A stretch of DNA of 64,000 nucleotides. Source: Stegostoma tigrinum. Lineage: Eukaryota. The DNA lies in assembly GCF_030684315.1 (NCBI RefSeq), contig NC_081361.1, forward strand, positions 90,886,104 to 90,950,103. The letters are read 5' to 3'. The notes beneath the pieces were generated by a model. The model made no database searches and was not told where the DNA came from. It saw only the letters and a list, made by a program, of their open reading frames with translations. A program made the translations under genes and the position numbers. Shown piece after piece: positions 11,883-25,090 of the stretch (within the stretch, counting starts at the first letter, position 1; each line of letters starts with the position of its first letter).

Positions 11883-12804
11883 TTTGATTATTGTTTACCT
11901 CTTCATTCTGTTCTCTTTTTTCCGTTTTGATTTTTTGAACTTCCCTTCAATTGAACCATTCTCTTCAACTAGCTTGTAGCCTTATCTATTTCACTAGGTA
12001 CGCAAAACTGGTCCCAGCATGGTTCAGATGTAGCCTACCCAATTAGAACTGTTTGCTTTCCTTGGTAGTGGTGACAGCGCCCATGAATCAGAGCCTTTTC
12101 TCCCCACACCAATCTTTGAACCATGCATTTACTCCATTAATTTCATTTTCCCTACACTATTTCTCACCTGGCTCAGGCAGTAACCTGGACATTATAACCT
12201 TTGGGGTTTTACTTTTTAATTTAGCTCTGGTCTGCTTATTACGTCTCAGCAAAACCATTATCCTATTCGCAGCTATATTGTTGGCATCTACCTGGACAAT
12301 TACAACTTCTTCTCTACTTGACAAGTGAAATTTCAAACCTTATAACAAGGTACGTATCCTGAGGGCCTCTACCTTTGCAGAGAACAGTATCTACTCTCCT
12401 AGCTGTGCTATCTGCTATTACAATGAGGCTTCTTTTCACAAAAACCCCACCCTCACGTGACCCCCACAAATTAAATAGTATTCTGGACCATGTCCTGTGG
12501 TCATTTCATTCATCTTTCCTAGCTTTTGTGCCCCTGTTAACACCAAGAGCTTATTGGACTCCTTCACAGCTAAATTCTGGATTCCAATATCTGCCTCATA
12601 ATGCAGTCACATGCTCCTGACACTAACTATATCAAATCTGGTCCACAGTTAATGTAAAGTGCGTGACTGCCTCCTGAAACACAGTGTCCAGTCACCTCAC
12701 TCCTTCCCCCAGCAGCTTCTGCTGCTCAGATTCCAGCTCATCAACACTGAGTCAAAGTTCTCTGAGCAACCAACATTTGTTGCAGAAATAGTCCCTGTTT
12801 CATC

Positions 12805-13031
12805 AGAGATAATGGGAACTGCAGATGCTGGAGAATCCAATATAAAAAGGTGTAGAGCTGGATGAACACAACACACCAAGCAGCATCTTAGGAGCAGGAA
12901 AGCTGATGTTTCGGGCCTAGACCCTTCATCAGAAATCCTTTCTGCTGAAGGGTCTGGGCCCGAAATGTCAGCTTTCCTGCTCCTAAGTTGCTGCTTGGCC
13001 TGCTGTGTTCATCCAGCTCTACACCTTGTTA
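12805..13031. mobile_element. Palindromic mini Penelope-like insertion
   Basis: Two inverted arms around tcc; TSD tccctgtt(t/g)catc 12792-12804 / 13032-13044. Confidence 0.88.
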
Positions 13032-13835
13032 TCCCTGTTGCATCGCATCCATCAGCGCCCACAAACTATAGCTGCAACACATTACCTTCCTGGCCATCAT
13101 TATTCTATATAAGTAATTAATTTAAGTAATAAATATTTTAAAAGTGAATTACTTAACTGTATTGTTCTTATGCAACAACATCTTCTGATTTAAATGCTTG
13201 CCTAATCCAAATTAGCTCAGAAAAAGTACCCACCAATCACCTCCCTGTTTTTCTGGGACATTGCACTCTGGCTCTGGCAGGTAGAACTGGTTGAAGGGAT
13301 TAAGTTTTGTGCCTAATTCTGGCCACTGGCATTAGCTTTTGGACGGATTCAAGGGTTGACAAAAGGATGAGAATTTTTAAAATCAAGGTGTTGCCTCAAT
13401 GTTAAATTATGCTTGGAGCTAAGTTGCTCATTCCTTATATGACAAAATACTGATGCAAAATCTCTGACTAAGCTTTGTATCTGGCCTGCTTCAGATCGAC
13501 TGCCAGGTTGGGTGACAACTGCTAAATATAACCCATAACCAGCAGTCTAGATTCTCTCGTGAATAAATTAATAAGAATTATGACTCTGACTCCCCTTAAA
13601 GCTGAACTGAGTCTTCCATTTAGATGTAGCTGATGATCATACCTTTAAAACACTTCACTAGATGTTGATCATGTAATGATGTTCATCCAAAAATGCTAAA
13701 ACAAATTACCTGCTGAGAATTACCATTCTGCCCAGCCAGCTCTTGGGAACACTACTTGGTCAATAACATAAATCTATGTCCCATTGACATTACAATATTA
13801 AAGCACCAATTTTGTTTTACCAGAAACAACTGAGT

Positions 13836-14133
13836 GGCACAGTGGCATAGCGGTTAGCACTGCTGCCCCACAGCACCAGGGACCTGGGGTCAATTCCACC
13901 CTCAGGTGACTGTCTGTGTGGAGTTTGCACATTCTCCCCATATCTGTGGGGGTTTCCTCCCACAGCCCAAAGATGTGCAGGCTAGGTGGATTGGCTGTGT
14001 TAAATTGTCTGTGGTGTTTCCGGGTGTGTCGGTTAGGTGGGTTCTATGGGAATGGGTCTGGATGGGATGCTGTCAGGGTCAGTGTGCACGTGTTGGGCTA
14101 AAGGGCCTGTTTCTACACTGTAGGGATTCTACA
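13836..14133 (+). mobile_element. HE1/V-SINE
   Basis: ggcacagtggcatagcggttagcactgctg...gtgtggagtttgcacattctcc. Confidence 0.82.
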
Positions 14134-14194
14134 ATGCTTTTAACTTGCAATGTTCGACTTCAGCATTAACAGACACTAGTGCATATCCTCTACA

Positions 14195-14860
14195 GTTTAG
14201 AATTAGGTTTATTTTAATGTCTACTCAAGTTACTAAAGTACGGGAGTATAGTAAATGGTGTACAATGTTGGCACATGGTGCCATTTTCGATACAAAACAA
14301 AGACATGCACAGTATAAGTCAGGGAAGTAAGAAATAAAGACCTTCCAGTCTTTTTCCTAAGAGCTTCTGTGTGGTCAGATCTGACTGCACCAGTTCTCAA
14401 CCAGTAGCGATCTACGCTCTTGACCTGCTGGCTATCCCTGCTTCGATCCAGGATCAGCCCTGCTTCTGGCCACTGGCCATCCCTGATTTGGCCCACCGGC
14501 TGTACTCCCATTCGGTCCACCAACTGTACTCCCATTCGGCCCACTGGCTGTACTCCCATTCGGCCCACCGGCTGTACTCCCATTCAGCCCACTGCTCTGC
14601 TTCTATTCGGCCCACAGGCTGTTCCTGTTTCACTGCTGACCCACTGGATGTTCCCGTTTCACTCCCGGCTCGCTGGATGTTCCCATTTCACTCCCGGCTC
14701 ACTGGATGTTCCTGTTTCACTCTGGGCTGCTGGCAGAAAAGGAAAAAGACAGAAGAGAAAATAAAAACATATTAGAGGAAAATAAAATTAAGTAAAAAAG
14801 GAACGAATGGTGCAGATGAGCTGACGCTGGAATGTCCTACCCCACTGCTATCTTGGAAAT
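14195..14860 (-). mobile_element. Probable non-autonomous LINE derivative with internal minisatellites
   Basis: Minus 5' end TCCAAGATAGCAG (CAAGATGGCG-like); 3' AATAAA-containing tail. Confidence 0.4.
14487..14728. repeat. Compound minisatellite: about 5 x 24 bp then 4 x 29 bp
   Basis: ttcggcccaccggctgtactccca units 14487-14605; cactggatgttcccgtttcactcccggct units 14613-14728. Confidence 0.92.
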
Positions 14861-15637
14861 AAAACATTTGGTGTATCAGTTACTACCATTAGCTTTAATC
14901 ATGTATATAGTGACAACCGCAAAATATAATCCAATGATGAACCTATCATTGACAAAATTCCTTTATCTTTAGTGCCTGTGGAAAGACTGTAAGATGTAGT
15001 GTGCCATTCAGCCCAACATGTCTGCTCTGCCATACAATGAACTGATAACCCTCAACAGGACAACATAACCAAAACTCTCTTCATAGGAGAATCCTTACTT
15101 GCCCAGAATCCCTACAGCATGCGAACAGGCCATTTGGCCCAAGATCTAAGATCAACCTCGTGAGGCTTCTGTGGACTGCCTGTAATGTTAGTTTATCTTT
15201 CTTTAGATGAGGGACCAAAACTGTTGACAGTACTCTAGTTGTGTTCTGACTAGTATCTTGTGGTGTTTTAGCAAGACGTAAGAAAATGTAAAGGTGTAAC
15301 AACAAGTGCCCAGAGTCAGAGGGTTTTATCCTCATCAAGGAGCTGTCTTCTTTCGATGGAAGACGGACCACAGGAGATTGAGGGAAGGCCTAGGGATGAG
15401 TAAGTTTCTGCCTTCCCGGCATTAATGAGATTGACATTCTTTGTCAACTGCCTGCCCGTCCTCAGTTATCTGTGAGCCATTCTCACATGTTATGTGTTGT
15501 GTACTTTTGCCCAATTAACCAACGTATCCTAAATTACTGCTTCTTAAACTTAATAACTACCTGAAAATCCACAATGAATGGTTGACTGTCTATATTAGGT
15601 AACTGTGACTCCAGACCCCCAAAACTGATAACAAATA

Positions 15638-15960
15638 AATTTGCATTTATATAGCACCTTCCATGACCTCAGATGACAATAGAAATAATGTTCTGTCAAT
15701 GAAACACAATTAGAAGTGTATTCACTTTTATTTCAATGCAGCTCACTTATGCACAGGAAGCTTCCATTAGTAGTAACATGATCATGACAAAATCATCTGT
15801 TTCCTCTGATGTTGGCTGAGGAATAAATATTAGCCAGGACCTTGGGGTAAAATGCCTGACAGTGCAATGCTTCCTGAGTATTGCTTGGGGGTAGTCAGCC
15901 AAGATTCTGTGCTCAAGCCATTAGGCTGAAACTCACAAGCAATGATCATCTCCAATCAGA
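15638..15960 (-). mobile_element. Deu-domain SINE (SacSINE1-like), degenerate
   Basis: ttgcatttatatagcacc tail; gaggaataaatattagccaggac Deu-like core. Confidence 0.6.
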
Positions 15961-16608
15961 AGGCAACTAATCATTGGGCTTTATTGTTCAATAACAGTAT
16001 CATCACTAAATCCCCTACTTTCAACATTCAATCACCATTGATCACAAAATAAACTAGACCAGCCGTACAAAATTTACTCCAAATGCCATAAAGTATTATG
16101 GTGTCAGGTCAAACATGGGCAAGGATACCTCCCACTCAATCAACAGTTGAGGAATCATTGCTCTCTCTATTGGAGGAAGCCCTGAGAGTGGCAAAGGTGC
16201 TGGATGAGCTCTGGTGGAGCCTATCACCAAGAATGACTTAGTAGCGACACCACTGACTGAGCTGGTTGAGCCCTAAGGGACATAGCTGCTAGACTCGGTG
16301 TGTGGAAGTTGGTGAGGGAACCAACAAGATGGCGAAGAGACTTGACCTCATACTCACTGATCTCCCCGCCATAGATGGATCTATCCATGACAGTATTGGT
16401 AGAAGTAATTATTGCATAGTCCTATAGAGACACAAGTCCCATCTTCCCATTTAGAATATCCTTCATCTTGTTGTGTGACACTATTGCCATGTTAAATGGG
16501 ATAGGCTACAAATACATCTAGAAACTCAAGACTGAGCATCCATGAGGTACTGTGGGGCATGAACAGCAGCAGAACTGTACTCCAACACAACCTATAACCT
16601 AATGATCT

Positions 16609-16772
16609 AAGATAATAAAATGTGAGGCTGGATGAACACAGCTCTCTCTGATGAAGGGTCTAGGCCCGAAACATCAGCTTTTGTGCTCCTGAGATGCTGC
16701 TGGGCCTGCTGTGTTCATCCAGCCTCACATTTTATTATCTTGGATTCTCCAGCATCTGCAGTTCCCATTATC
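16609..16772 (+). mobile_element. Mini Penelope-like insertion with 34-nt inverted arm
   Basis: Hammerhead motif 16648-16675; TSD acctaatgatc(t/c)aa 16597-16610 / 16773-16786. Confidence 0.88.
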
Positions 16773-17956
16773 ACCTAATGATCCAACATAACTCCACTCT
16801 ACTATTACTAATAAATCAGGGGATCAACCCTTGTTCAATGATGAGTGGAGGAGATTATGCTAGGAACAACACAAGACATATTTAAGAATGAAGAGTTAGC
16901 CTGGTGAAGTTACCAAACAGGACTACTTGCATCCCAAACAGCATAAGCAGTAAGTGATAGGCAGAGTTAATCAATCCCATAACCAACAGAGCAGATCTAA
17001 GCTCTGCAGTCCTGCTGCATCCAACAATGATTGTGGTGGACAATAAAGCAAAGCACTAAAAAAATGTCCCAAAGGCCAACGACTACAGGGCCCAACACGT
17101 CAGTGAAAAATATAAAGCATAAGAATTTACAGCAATCTTCAGCCAGAAGGCTGAGTGGATGGTCCATCTGAACCTCTTCCAGTAGTCCCCAGCATCACTG
17201 ATACCAGTTTTCGGCCAACTCAATTCACTCACATTACATAAAGAAGTTGTTGGAGACACTGGATATTGCAAAAGCTATGGGCTCCAATAAAATTCTAGCA
17301 ATAGCACTCCAGACTCGTGCTCCAAAATTTGCCACACCCCTAGTCAAGCTCTTCCAGTACAGTTACAACACTGGCATCTACCCGACAATGTGGAAAATTG
17401 CTCAGGTATGCCCTATACACAAAAAGCAGGACAAATCCAACCCAGCCAATTACCGCCCCGGCAGTCCATCCTCAATCATCAGTAAGGTGATGGAAGGGGT
17501 CATGCAGTATCTCCTCAGCAATAAGCTGCTGCCTGACACTCAGATTGGGTTTGTTGTAAAGACCCCGCTTGTTCATTAATGTCCTTTAGGGAAGGAATCT
17601 GGAGTTTTTCAGCAGACCCACAATAATGTGGTTGACTCTAAACTGTCCATTGGACAATTAAAACTGGGCAATAAATGCTGGCTTAGCATAGGCAAAAGAG
17701 CTGACACATAGACAAAAGAGCTGAATTCCAGCACTGAGCTGGAATGAGTGCCCTTGACATCAAGCCTGCATTTGACTGGATATGGCATCAAGGAGCCCTA
17801 GCAAAACTGGAATCAATGAGAATTAAGGAGGAAAGTTCTCTGCCAGCTTGAATAATATCTGGTATTTAGGAAGATGGTGGGTGTTATAGAATCATTGAAT
17901 TGCACAGTAAAACACTCAAGAAGCTGAACGCCGTCCAGGCTAAAGCAACCTGCTTG

Positions 17957-18669
17957 GACCGCTTTGCAGAACACCTCCGCTCGGTTCGCATTAAACAACT
18001 ACTCCTTCCAGTCGCAAACCATTTCCACTCCCCCTCCCATTCTTAAGATGACATGTCCATCATGGGCCTCCTACAGTGCCACAATGATGCCACCCGAAGG
18101 TTGCAGGAACATCAACTCATATTCCGCTTGGGAACCCTGCAGCCCAATGGTATCAATGTGGACTTCACCAGCTTCAAAATCTCCCCTTCCCCCACCGCAT
18201 CCCAAAGCCAGCCCAGTTCGTCCCCTCCCCCCACTGCACCACACAACCAGCCCAGCTCTTCCCCTCCACCCACTGCATCCCAAAACCAGTCCAACCTGTC
18301 TCTGCCTCCCTAACCTGTTCTTCCTCTCACCCATCCCTTCCTCCCACCCCAAGCCACACCTCCATCTCCTACCTACTAACCTCATCCCACCTCCTTGACC
18401 TGTCTGTCTTCCCTGGACTGACCTATCCCCTCCCTACCTCCCCACCTATACTCTCCTCTCCACCTATCTTCTTTTCTCTCCATCTTCGGTCCGCCTCCCC
18501 CTCTCTCCCTATTTATTCCAGAACCCTCACCCCATCCCCCTTTCTGATGAAGGGCCCAGGCCCGAAACGTCAGCTTTTGTGCTCTTGAGATGCTGCTGGG
18601 CCTGCTGTGTTCATCCAGCCTCACATTTTGTTATCTTGGATTCTCCAGCATCTGCAGTTCCCATTATCA
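17957..18669 (+). mobile_element. Penelope-like 3' fragment (GIY-YIG end + terminus)
   Basis: ORF 18053..18313 matches the C-terminus of the 1568..2938 protein; TSD ctgcttg 17950-17956 / 18670-18676. Confidence 0.9.
18544..18571 (+). ncRNA. Minimal hammerhead ribozyme motif
   Basis: ctgatgaagggcccaggcccgaaacgtc. Confidence 0.75.
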
Positions 18670-20665
18670 CTGCTTGATTAGCACCAGATCCACAAACATC
18701 CACTCCCTCCACCACCGATGCTCAGTAGCAGCTATGTATACCATCTACACGTTGCACCAAAAATCCCTAGAAAACACCTTCTGAACCCACAACCACTTTT
18801 GTATAGAATGACAAAGGCAGCAGATACATGGGAACACCACTGCCTGCAGGTTCCCCTCCAAACCCCTCATCATCTAGACCTGGAAATATATTATCGTTCC
18901 TTCACTGTCGCTGGGTCAAAATCCTGGAATTCTCTTCCTAAGGGCATTGTGGGTCAACCCACAGTAGGTGAACTACAGTGGTTCAGTAAGGCAGCTCACC
19001 AACACCTTGTCAAGGGCAACTAGGGACGGGCAATAAATGCTGGCCGAGCCAGAGATGCATATGTGTCATGATTGCATAATAAAAAAACCTATTCCTTGTG
19101 CCTTCTTAAACCACTTTGTTGACCTGTGTCTGCTACCTTCAGGCACTGGTGGACATACACATCAAATTTCTTCTGATCCTTGGTGCTTCTTGGGTTTCCA
19201 CCGCTATATCTTTCCACATTTCTCACCATCGCCCATTCTGCTCAAGGAAGAGGAAAATTCTACTCACAATCTCATCAGGTCAGCACCCCCTAATTCCTAG
19301 GAAAATCCAAAGATTGGAAAAAGCAAGCAAGTGATTATCCATAGCAGGAAGCATGGCCTGGCGATGATGTTTGATGAGTGTGTGACGGGTTTTATCTGGG
19401 AATGTGACACTGGGATCCTGTTCCATCATGCCTCATCCTTTATTCAAAGCAGTGGGCTCCTGTGACGCAATGGTAGTGTTCCTACTGCTGTGTCAGGAGA
19501 CCAAGTTCAAATCCAACCTACTCCAGTGGTGTATAATAACATCATTGGCCAGGCTGCTTAAGGAAATATTCTTTAGCCAACACAACACATTATCTCTTTT
19601 GTACCATACTTCAGCTGCTTTTCAAAACACCAAGGTTTATATTTATTCTAGCTAGGTTGCATTGTTTGATTAAAGCTGACATTTGCAACTAATAATTTGT
19701 ACATTAGAACTTTTACACATTTATCTTTATATTATTGTACTGTTGCAGTGAAGTGATTGACAGAAAACATGACAATTATTCAGGCTGTCTTGAATTTATT
19801 CTGAACAGGAATATAAAGGGTTTTGAGTTATACTAGTCAGAGTCATTTACCTAACAAAAGTTGAAGGTACGCTCCAGGCTTTCACTTCCCTCTGATTCCT
19901 TTGTTGAAGTAACATGCAAGTTGAGTTACATGGACCAGAAAGACCAAAGCGTATATCCACAATCTGTGGGGAGTTGGCTAATCTTAGCCGAGGAGGCAGG
20001 AGAGAACAAACACAATGAATGACAACACCCACCAGGCTTAGAGAGGAGAAGCTCAGCCAAGACTTCTGCCTTTGGTCATGATGCATAACATTTGCTGAGG
20101 AGAGCCTTGATGTGATAACCCTTCAGGTGCTGCATTCAGAAGGCAAACCCATGAGAAATGGCCACATGGGAAGTACTTGAGGTCATTGAGAACCTGTGAA
20201 ATTGGGAGAAAAAAACTGAGCAAATGAAACCCCTGTGGTTAACAGAAACTTTGGAAATGCTAGCTTTAACTTTCTAATAATGCAGATTACTAACTTAATT
20301 ATACCAACATCTCATCATGTTGGACTGAAATTGCTAATTAATAACTTGATAGTTTTGCACCAAATGGAGAGTCAAGGCTGCAGACAGGCAAGTAGTGTTG
20401 AAGCTGCAATTAGATCATCTGTGATTCTATTGAATGATGGAGAAGGCTTGAGGGGCTACTCCTGCCCTTGCTTTTTATGATCTTCAAATGAATTGCTTTG
20501 TACCTTTAATCAGCAAATGCTGTGGTCCAAAATCTGCTATTTTAATCAATTTGAATAAGAAAAACATAAAGCTTCTGCACAGTAATTTTATATATTACAT
20601 TATCATCCCTGCAACTGCTGAGATTGGTTCAACAGGACCAAAAGCCTCCTTCCACACAATGATTT

Positions 20666-20909
20666 TCAAATAACTCCACAGAGGCCAGTATCCTGTTACC
20701 AAGTCACCCTTTATTTACACATGCAGAGCCCTTGACACTGATCCAACTCCCTCAGAGCCAGCTGTCACAGTGACCAGGACCCTGACACTCCTGTTTATAT
20801 CTGTTAGTCAGAGCTCCCTGATTGGGCCAGATTAACAGCTCCCCCCCCCCCTTTTAAGGAACTCATATTTTATGAGGTCTACCTAGCTGACCTCATTACA
20901 GTCACTACA
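20666..20909 (-). mobile_element. Probable solo LTR
   Basis: Starts TGTAGTGACTGTAATGAGGTC on minus, has TATAAA- and AATAAA-like motifs; homologous to 32284-32505. Confidence 0.6.
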
Positions 20910-21837
20910 GACTTTATTCATATTTACTTCCAATATTCCATTTCAAAAGAAATGTGCAGTGTGTATAGAATTGCAGCATAACATAAAGGAGTGACCTTTC
21001 ATCTTTGAAGTTCATTTGCTGAAAAGTGAAAATATATTTGTCCTTAAGTCATCAGATGATTAGCTCTTCTGACATGACATGCCCAAACACAATGTCTCAT
21101 AGAATTCAATTCCTACTGAATGAAAATTCCTTTTGTAGACTCAATGCAGTTTTCTTTGAACCTTTCTGTTTCTTTTTAAAAGTACATTTTGTGAAACTGA
21201 AAGCTGACCTAATCTTTATTGATCAGTTAATGGTTAAGTTGCATTTTTTTAAACAGTGTGGTAAACTGGTAATGATCTGTAGTGAAGTCTGTAAATCTGA
21301 TTCAGTTGATAGCTTATAGACAAATCTTTGTTGCTTGCTTTCTCAACATCCTATTTGCAGCTCACAATATTTGATGATTACTGTATGAAAAGGGTAATAG
21401 AAGTCCAGAACTACACAGACAGAATATTTCATTTGTGTCACACTTCACAGCACATTTCGCTTGCTGGGAAATTATTCTCCTCTTCATTGCTCTTATTAAA
21501 CAAAGAAGTGAACATGCTCAACATTAATCTTTTAATCTTTTAACCACAGGAATAACCATATGCATCTTTATCTGCATTCATTTAGTTTATTTCACAAAGA
21601 ACATCTTCTCATATTTTAAAACAGTGTGCATTCTAATGTAGTGCTGATCAAAAGTACTTATGAAGGATAGGATTTGGTGTACAGTTTATTCCCTCAGAAC
21701 AAGAATGATACTTGCTCTTGCATGAACGTACATGTGAAAGATTTCAATGTGGAGAGGTTGTTGCACTGCACTGTTCTGACTGACCAGGAGACTGAAGGAT
21801 AAGTGACCAGTTTTGTCTCATTATCATACACTGAGTG

Positions 21838-22108
21838 GCTTGATGCTCAGTGGTTAGCACTGCTGCCGCACAACGCCATGTATCTGGGTTTGATCCCACC
21901 CTTGGGTGACTGTATGTGCAGGGTTTGCACGTTCTCCACGTGTCTGCATGTGTTTCCTCCAACGGTCCAAAGGCACGTAGGCCAGGTGGATTTCTTGTAG
22001 TAAATGCAGCGTATCAAGGATAGAGTGGAGGTCTGGGTCAGGGTAGGATGATCTTTGGAAGGTTGGTGCAGATTTGATGGGTCAAAAGGCCTTTTCCCGC
22101 ACTTCCAT
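21838..22108 (+). mobile_element. HE1/V-SINE
   Basis: gctcagtggttagcactgctgcc...gtttgcacgttctcc. Confidence 0.75.
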
Positions 22109-22159
22109 GAGCATCGAGTGCTGAAGTGACTTGAGCCCAGAGCCTAGGGACAAGCCCAT

Positions 22160-22760
22160 CAGAAATAGAAACAGGAGTAGACTGTTCAGCTCCTTGAGTC
22201 TCCTCTATAATTCAATAGGATGATGGCTGATCCAACATTCGTCTCTTAATTCTCCTGTCCTTTCCCTGCAACCCTTGATTCTCTGACTGATCAAGAGTCT
22301 ATCTATCGCAATCTTAAATAGATACAAAGACTGTGGCCTCACAGCTCTCTGTGGTAGAGTTCCAAACATTCAAAGCCCTCTGAGAGAAGAAATTCCTCCT
22401 CATCTCAGTCTTGAATTTTTGCTCCTTTATTCTGAGATTGTGCCCTCTGGTCTGAGACTTCTCCCGTGAGGGGAAACATCCTGTCAGCATTTACCTTGTC
22501 AAGCCCCTTTAGGATTCAATGAGATCACCTGTCATTCTTCTGAACTCCAGTGAGAAGATTCCCAACCTGTTTAGTCTTTGCTCATAAGACAATCCCTTCA
22601 TAACAGGGATCATCCTTGTGAACATTCTCTGAACTATCACCAATGAAATAATATCCTTTCCTTAAAGAAGGGGACCAAAATTGCTCACTGTACGCCAAAT
22701 GTGGTCTCACTAGCACCCCTTGTACAGTTGCAGTTAGACTTCCCTACTCTTATACTTCAG
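22160..22760 (-). mobile_element. CR1 3' fragment
   Basis: gaagaaattcctcctcatctc...tgccctct pattern of the CR1 C-terminus and UTR. Confidence 0.75.
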
Positions 22761-23763
22761 AGGTAGGAGCAACGCCCACTAAAGCACAAGGCCTTCTCCA
22801 AGATTTTGTAAGACATATATTGAGGCTAAGGCTTCCGTCACCTGTTTCAGGAATGGAACAAAATTAATGTCAAAAGTATTAGTTTTTGACACTTTTTTCT
22901 TTGTAAAATACATCCTGCTGGCCCTTCCTTCAAACTGCATAACACATAACCCCCTTTCTCCAAAGATAAAAGAAATCCAGATAGACACAGTAGTAATCAA
23001 TTCTGATGGGGAAATACTTCTACTGTGTCATGCTTTTTGGCAATTTTTGAAGGTGCTTAACAACATGGGTTTTGCCTCCAACAGGGCAGATTTACCTAAT
23101 GTGGCAATGTTTATGCTGGCCCTCATAACAGAAGAATCTAAATTATGGGTAATGTGATATTGAAGACTCCAACAGGACATTTATCACAGCTCACTGTTAT
23201 ATCTGAACTGTTATATCAGATTCACAGTCACAGAAGTGTCTGAGCGAGTATTAGGCTATTTAGGAACGCAGGATGCTTTCATCGGTATGTTGAGTTTCAA
23301 GTGATCTGAGTTAAGATGGAGTCTAAGATATTTATATACTCAGGTTACATGCTATAACACAGTGTTGATATAAACATATAGACACAGTTGTCAATTCAAA
23401 AATTATACAAACAGGTGAAAACAGAGTATATACAATCAATAATTCAGATTTCCATGCAACATTTCGGAGGTCTAGCAACTCTCCCTGTTCTGCTGAGTGC
23501 ATATCTGTCTGGAGAGGCGTGCATTATTCGTGCTTGCTGTTGATTGACAACCCTGGTTGTCTTGTTCATTGATAACTGCCTCTCGGTGTCATCACGCAAT
23601 CATCATTGTCAGATAGTTCTTCCTCACTCTTGGCGTGTATAATTGGTGTGCCATACATTGGTCTGAGCTGTCTCCTGCTCTTTCATAATGTTGCACCATG
23701 TTCAGGAATAACTTCCCATGGTCTGGGCTATTTGCATATTCTAGAAACCTTTGCTGGTAACTA

Positions 23764-24960
23764 CACTTTCCCCCCACAGTGATCGAGAACGCCCTTGACC
23801 GCGTCTCCCGTATTTCCCGCAACACATCCCTCACACCCCGCCCCCGCCACAACCGCCCTAAGAGGATCCCCCTCGTTCTCACACACCACCCTACCAACCT
23901 CCGGATACAACGCATCATCCTCCGACACTTCCGCCATTTACAATCCGACCCCACCACCCAAGACATTTTTCCATCCCCACCCCTGTCTGCTTTCCGGAGA
24001 GACCACTCTCTCCGTGACTCCCTTGTTCGCTCCACACTGCCCTCCAACCCCACCACACCCGGCACCTTCCCCTGCAACTGCAGGAAATGCTACACTTGCC
24101 CCCACACCTCCTCCCTCAGCCCTATCCCAGGCCCCAAGATGACATTCCACATTAAGCAGAGGTTCACCTGCACATCTGCCAGTGTGGTATACTGCATCCA
24201 CTGTACCCGGTGCGGCTTCCTCTACATTGGGGAAACCAAGCGGAGGCTTGGGGACCGCTTTGCAGAACACCTCCGCTCAGTTCGCAACAAACAACTGCAC
24301 CTCCCAGTCGCAAACCATTTCCACTCCCCCTCCCATTCTCTAGATGACATGTCCATCATGGGCCTCCTGCACTGCCACAATGATGCCACCCGAAGGTTGC
24401 AGGAACAGCAACTCATATTCCGCCTGGGAACCCTGCAGCCATATGGTATCAATGTGGACTTCACCAGTTTCAAAATCTCCCCTTCCCCTACTGCATCCCT
24501 AAACCAGCCCAGTTCGTCCCCACCCCCCACTGCACCACACAACCAGCCCAGCTCTTCCCCCCCACCCACTGCATCCCAAAACCAGTCCAACCTGTCTCTG
24601 CCTCCCTAACCGGTTCTTCCTCTCACCCATCCCTTCCTCCCACCCCAAGCCGCACCCCCATCTACCTACTAACCTCATCCCACCTCCTTGACCTGTCCGT
24701 CTTCCCTGGACTGACCTATCCCCTCCCTACCTCCCCACCTATACTCTCTCCACCTATCTTCTTTACTCTCCATCTTCGGTCCGCCTCCCCCTCTCTCCCT
24801 ATTTATTCCAGTTCCCTCTCCCCATCCCCCTCTCTGATGAAGGGTCTAGGCCCGAAACGTCAGCTTTTGTGCTCCTGAGATGCTGCTTGGCCTGCTGTGT
24901 TCATCCAGCCTCACATTTTATTATCTTGGAATTCTCCAGCATCTGCAGTTCCCATTATCT
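23764..24960 (+). mobile_element. Penelope-like element, 5'-truncated, intact GIY-YIG ORF 23779..24609
   Basis: Near-identical protein to 1568..2938; perfect TSD ctggtaacta 23754-23763 / 24961-24970. Confidence 0.93.
24834..24861 (+). ncRNA. Minimal hammerhead ribozyme motif
   Basis: ctgatgaagggtctaggcccgaaacgtc. Confidence 0.75.
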
Positions 24961-24993
24961 CTGGTAACTAATTCATTGTGTTTAGATTTCTGA

Positions 24994-25090
24994 CTGAAAA
25001 GGGTCTCGGCCCGAAACGTCAGCTTTTGTTCTCCTGAGATGCTGCTGGGCCTGCTGTGTTCATCCAGCCTCACATTTTATTATCTTGGAC
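24994..25090 (+). mobile_element. Second short Penelope-like terminus
   Basis: gggtctcggcccgaaacgtcagc...ttattatcttgga, lacks the tail. Confidence 0.85.

Larger units (their letters stand above)
15960..19085 (+). mobile_element. Old CR1-like LINE of a second family, carrying two Penelope-like inserts
   Basis: ORF 17247..17579 (WKIAQVCPIHKKQDKSNPANYRP); 3' end gggcaataaatgctggcc; other pieces about 28600-29890, 32970-33750, 43770-44210 -, 46460-46715 -. Confidence 0.8.

Noticed and set aside
14487-14728. CRISPR-like array
   Set aside because: Units are contiguous with no unique spacers, there are no cas genes, and the context is eukaryotic; it is a minisatellite
16694-16885. Recurrent small ORF MLLGLLCSSS (also 4743, 18590, 25039)
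   Set aside because: Translation of the repeated Penelope-like terminus running into unrelated flanks
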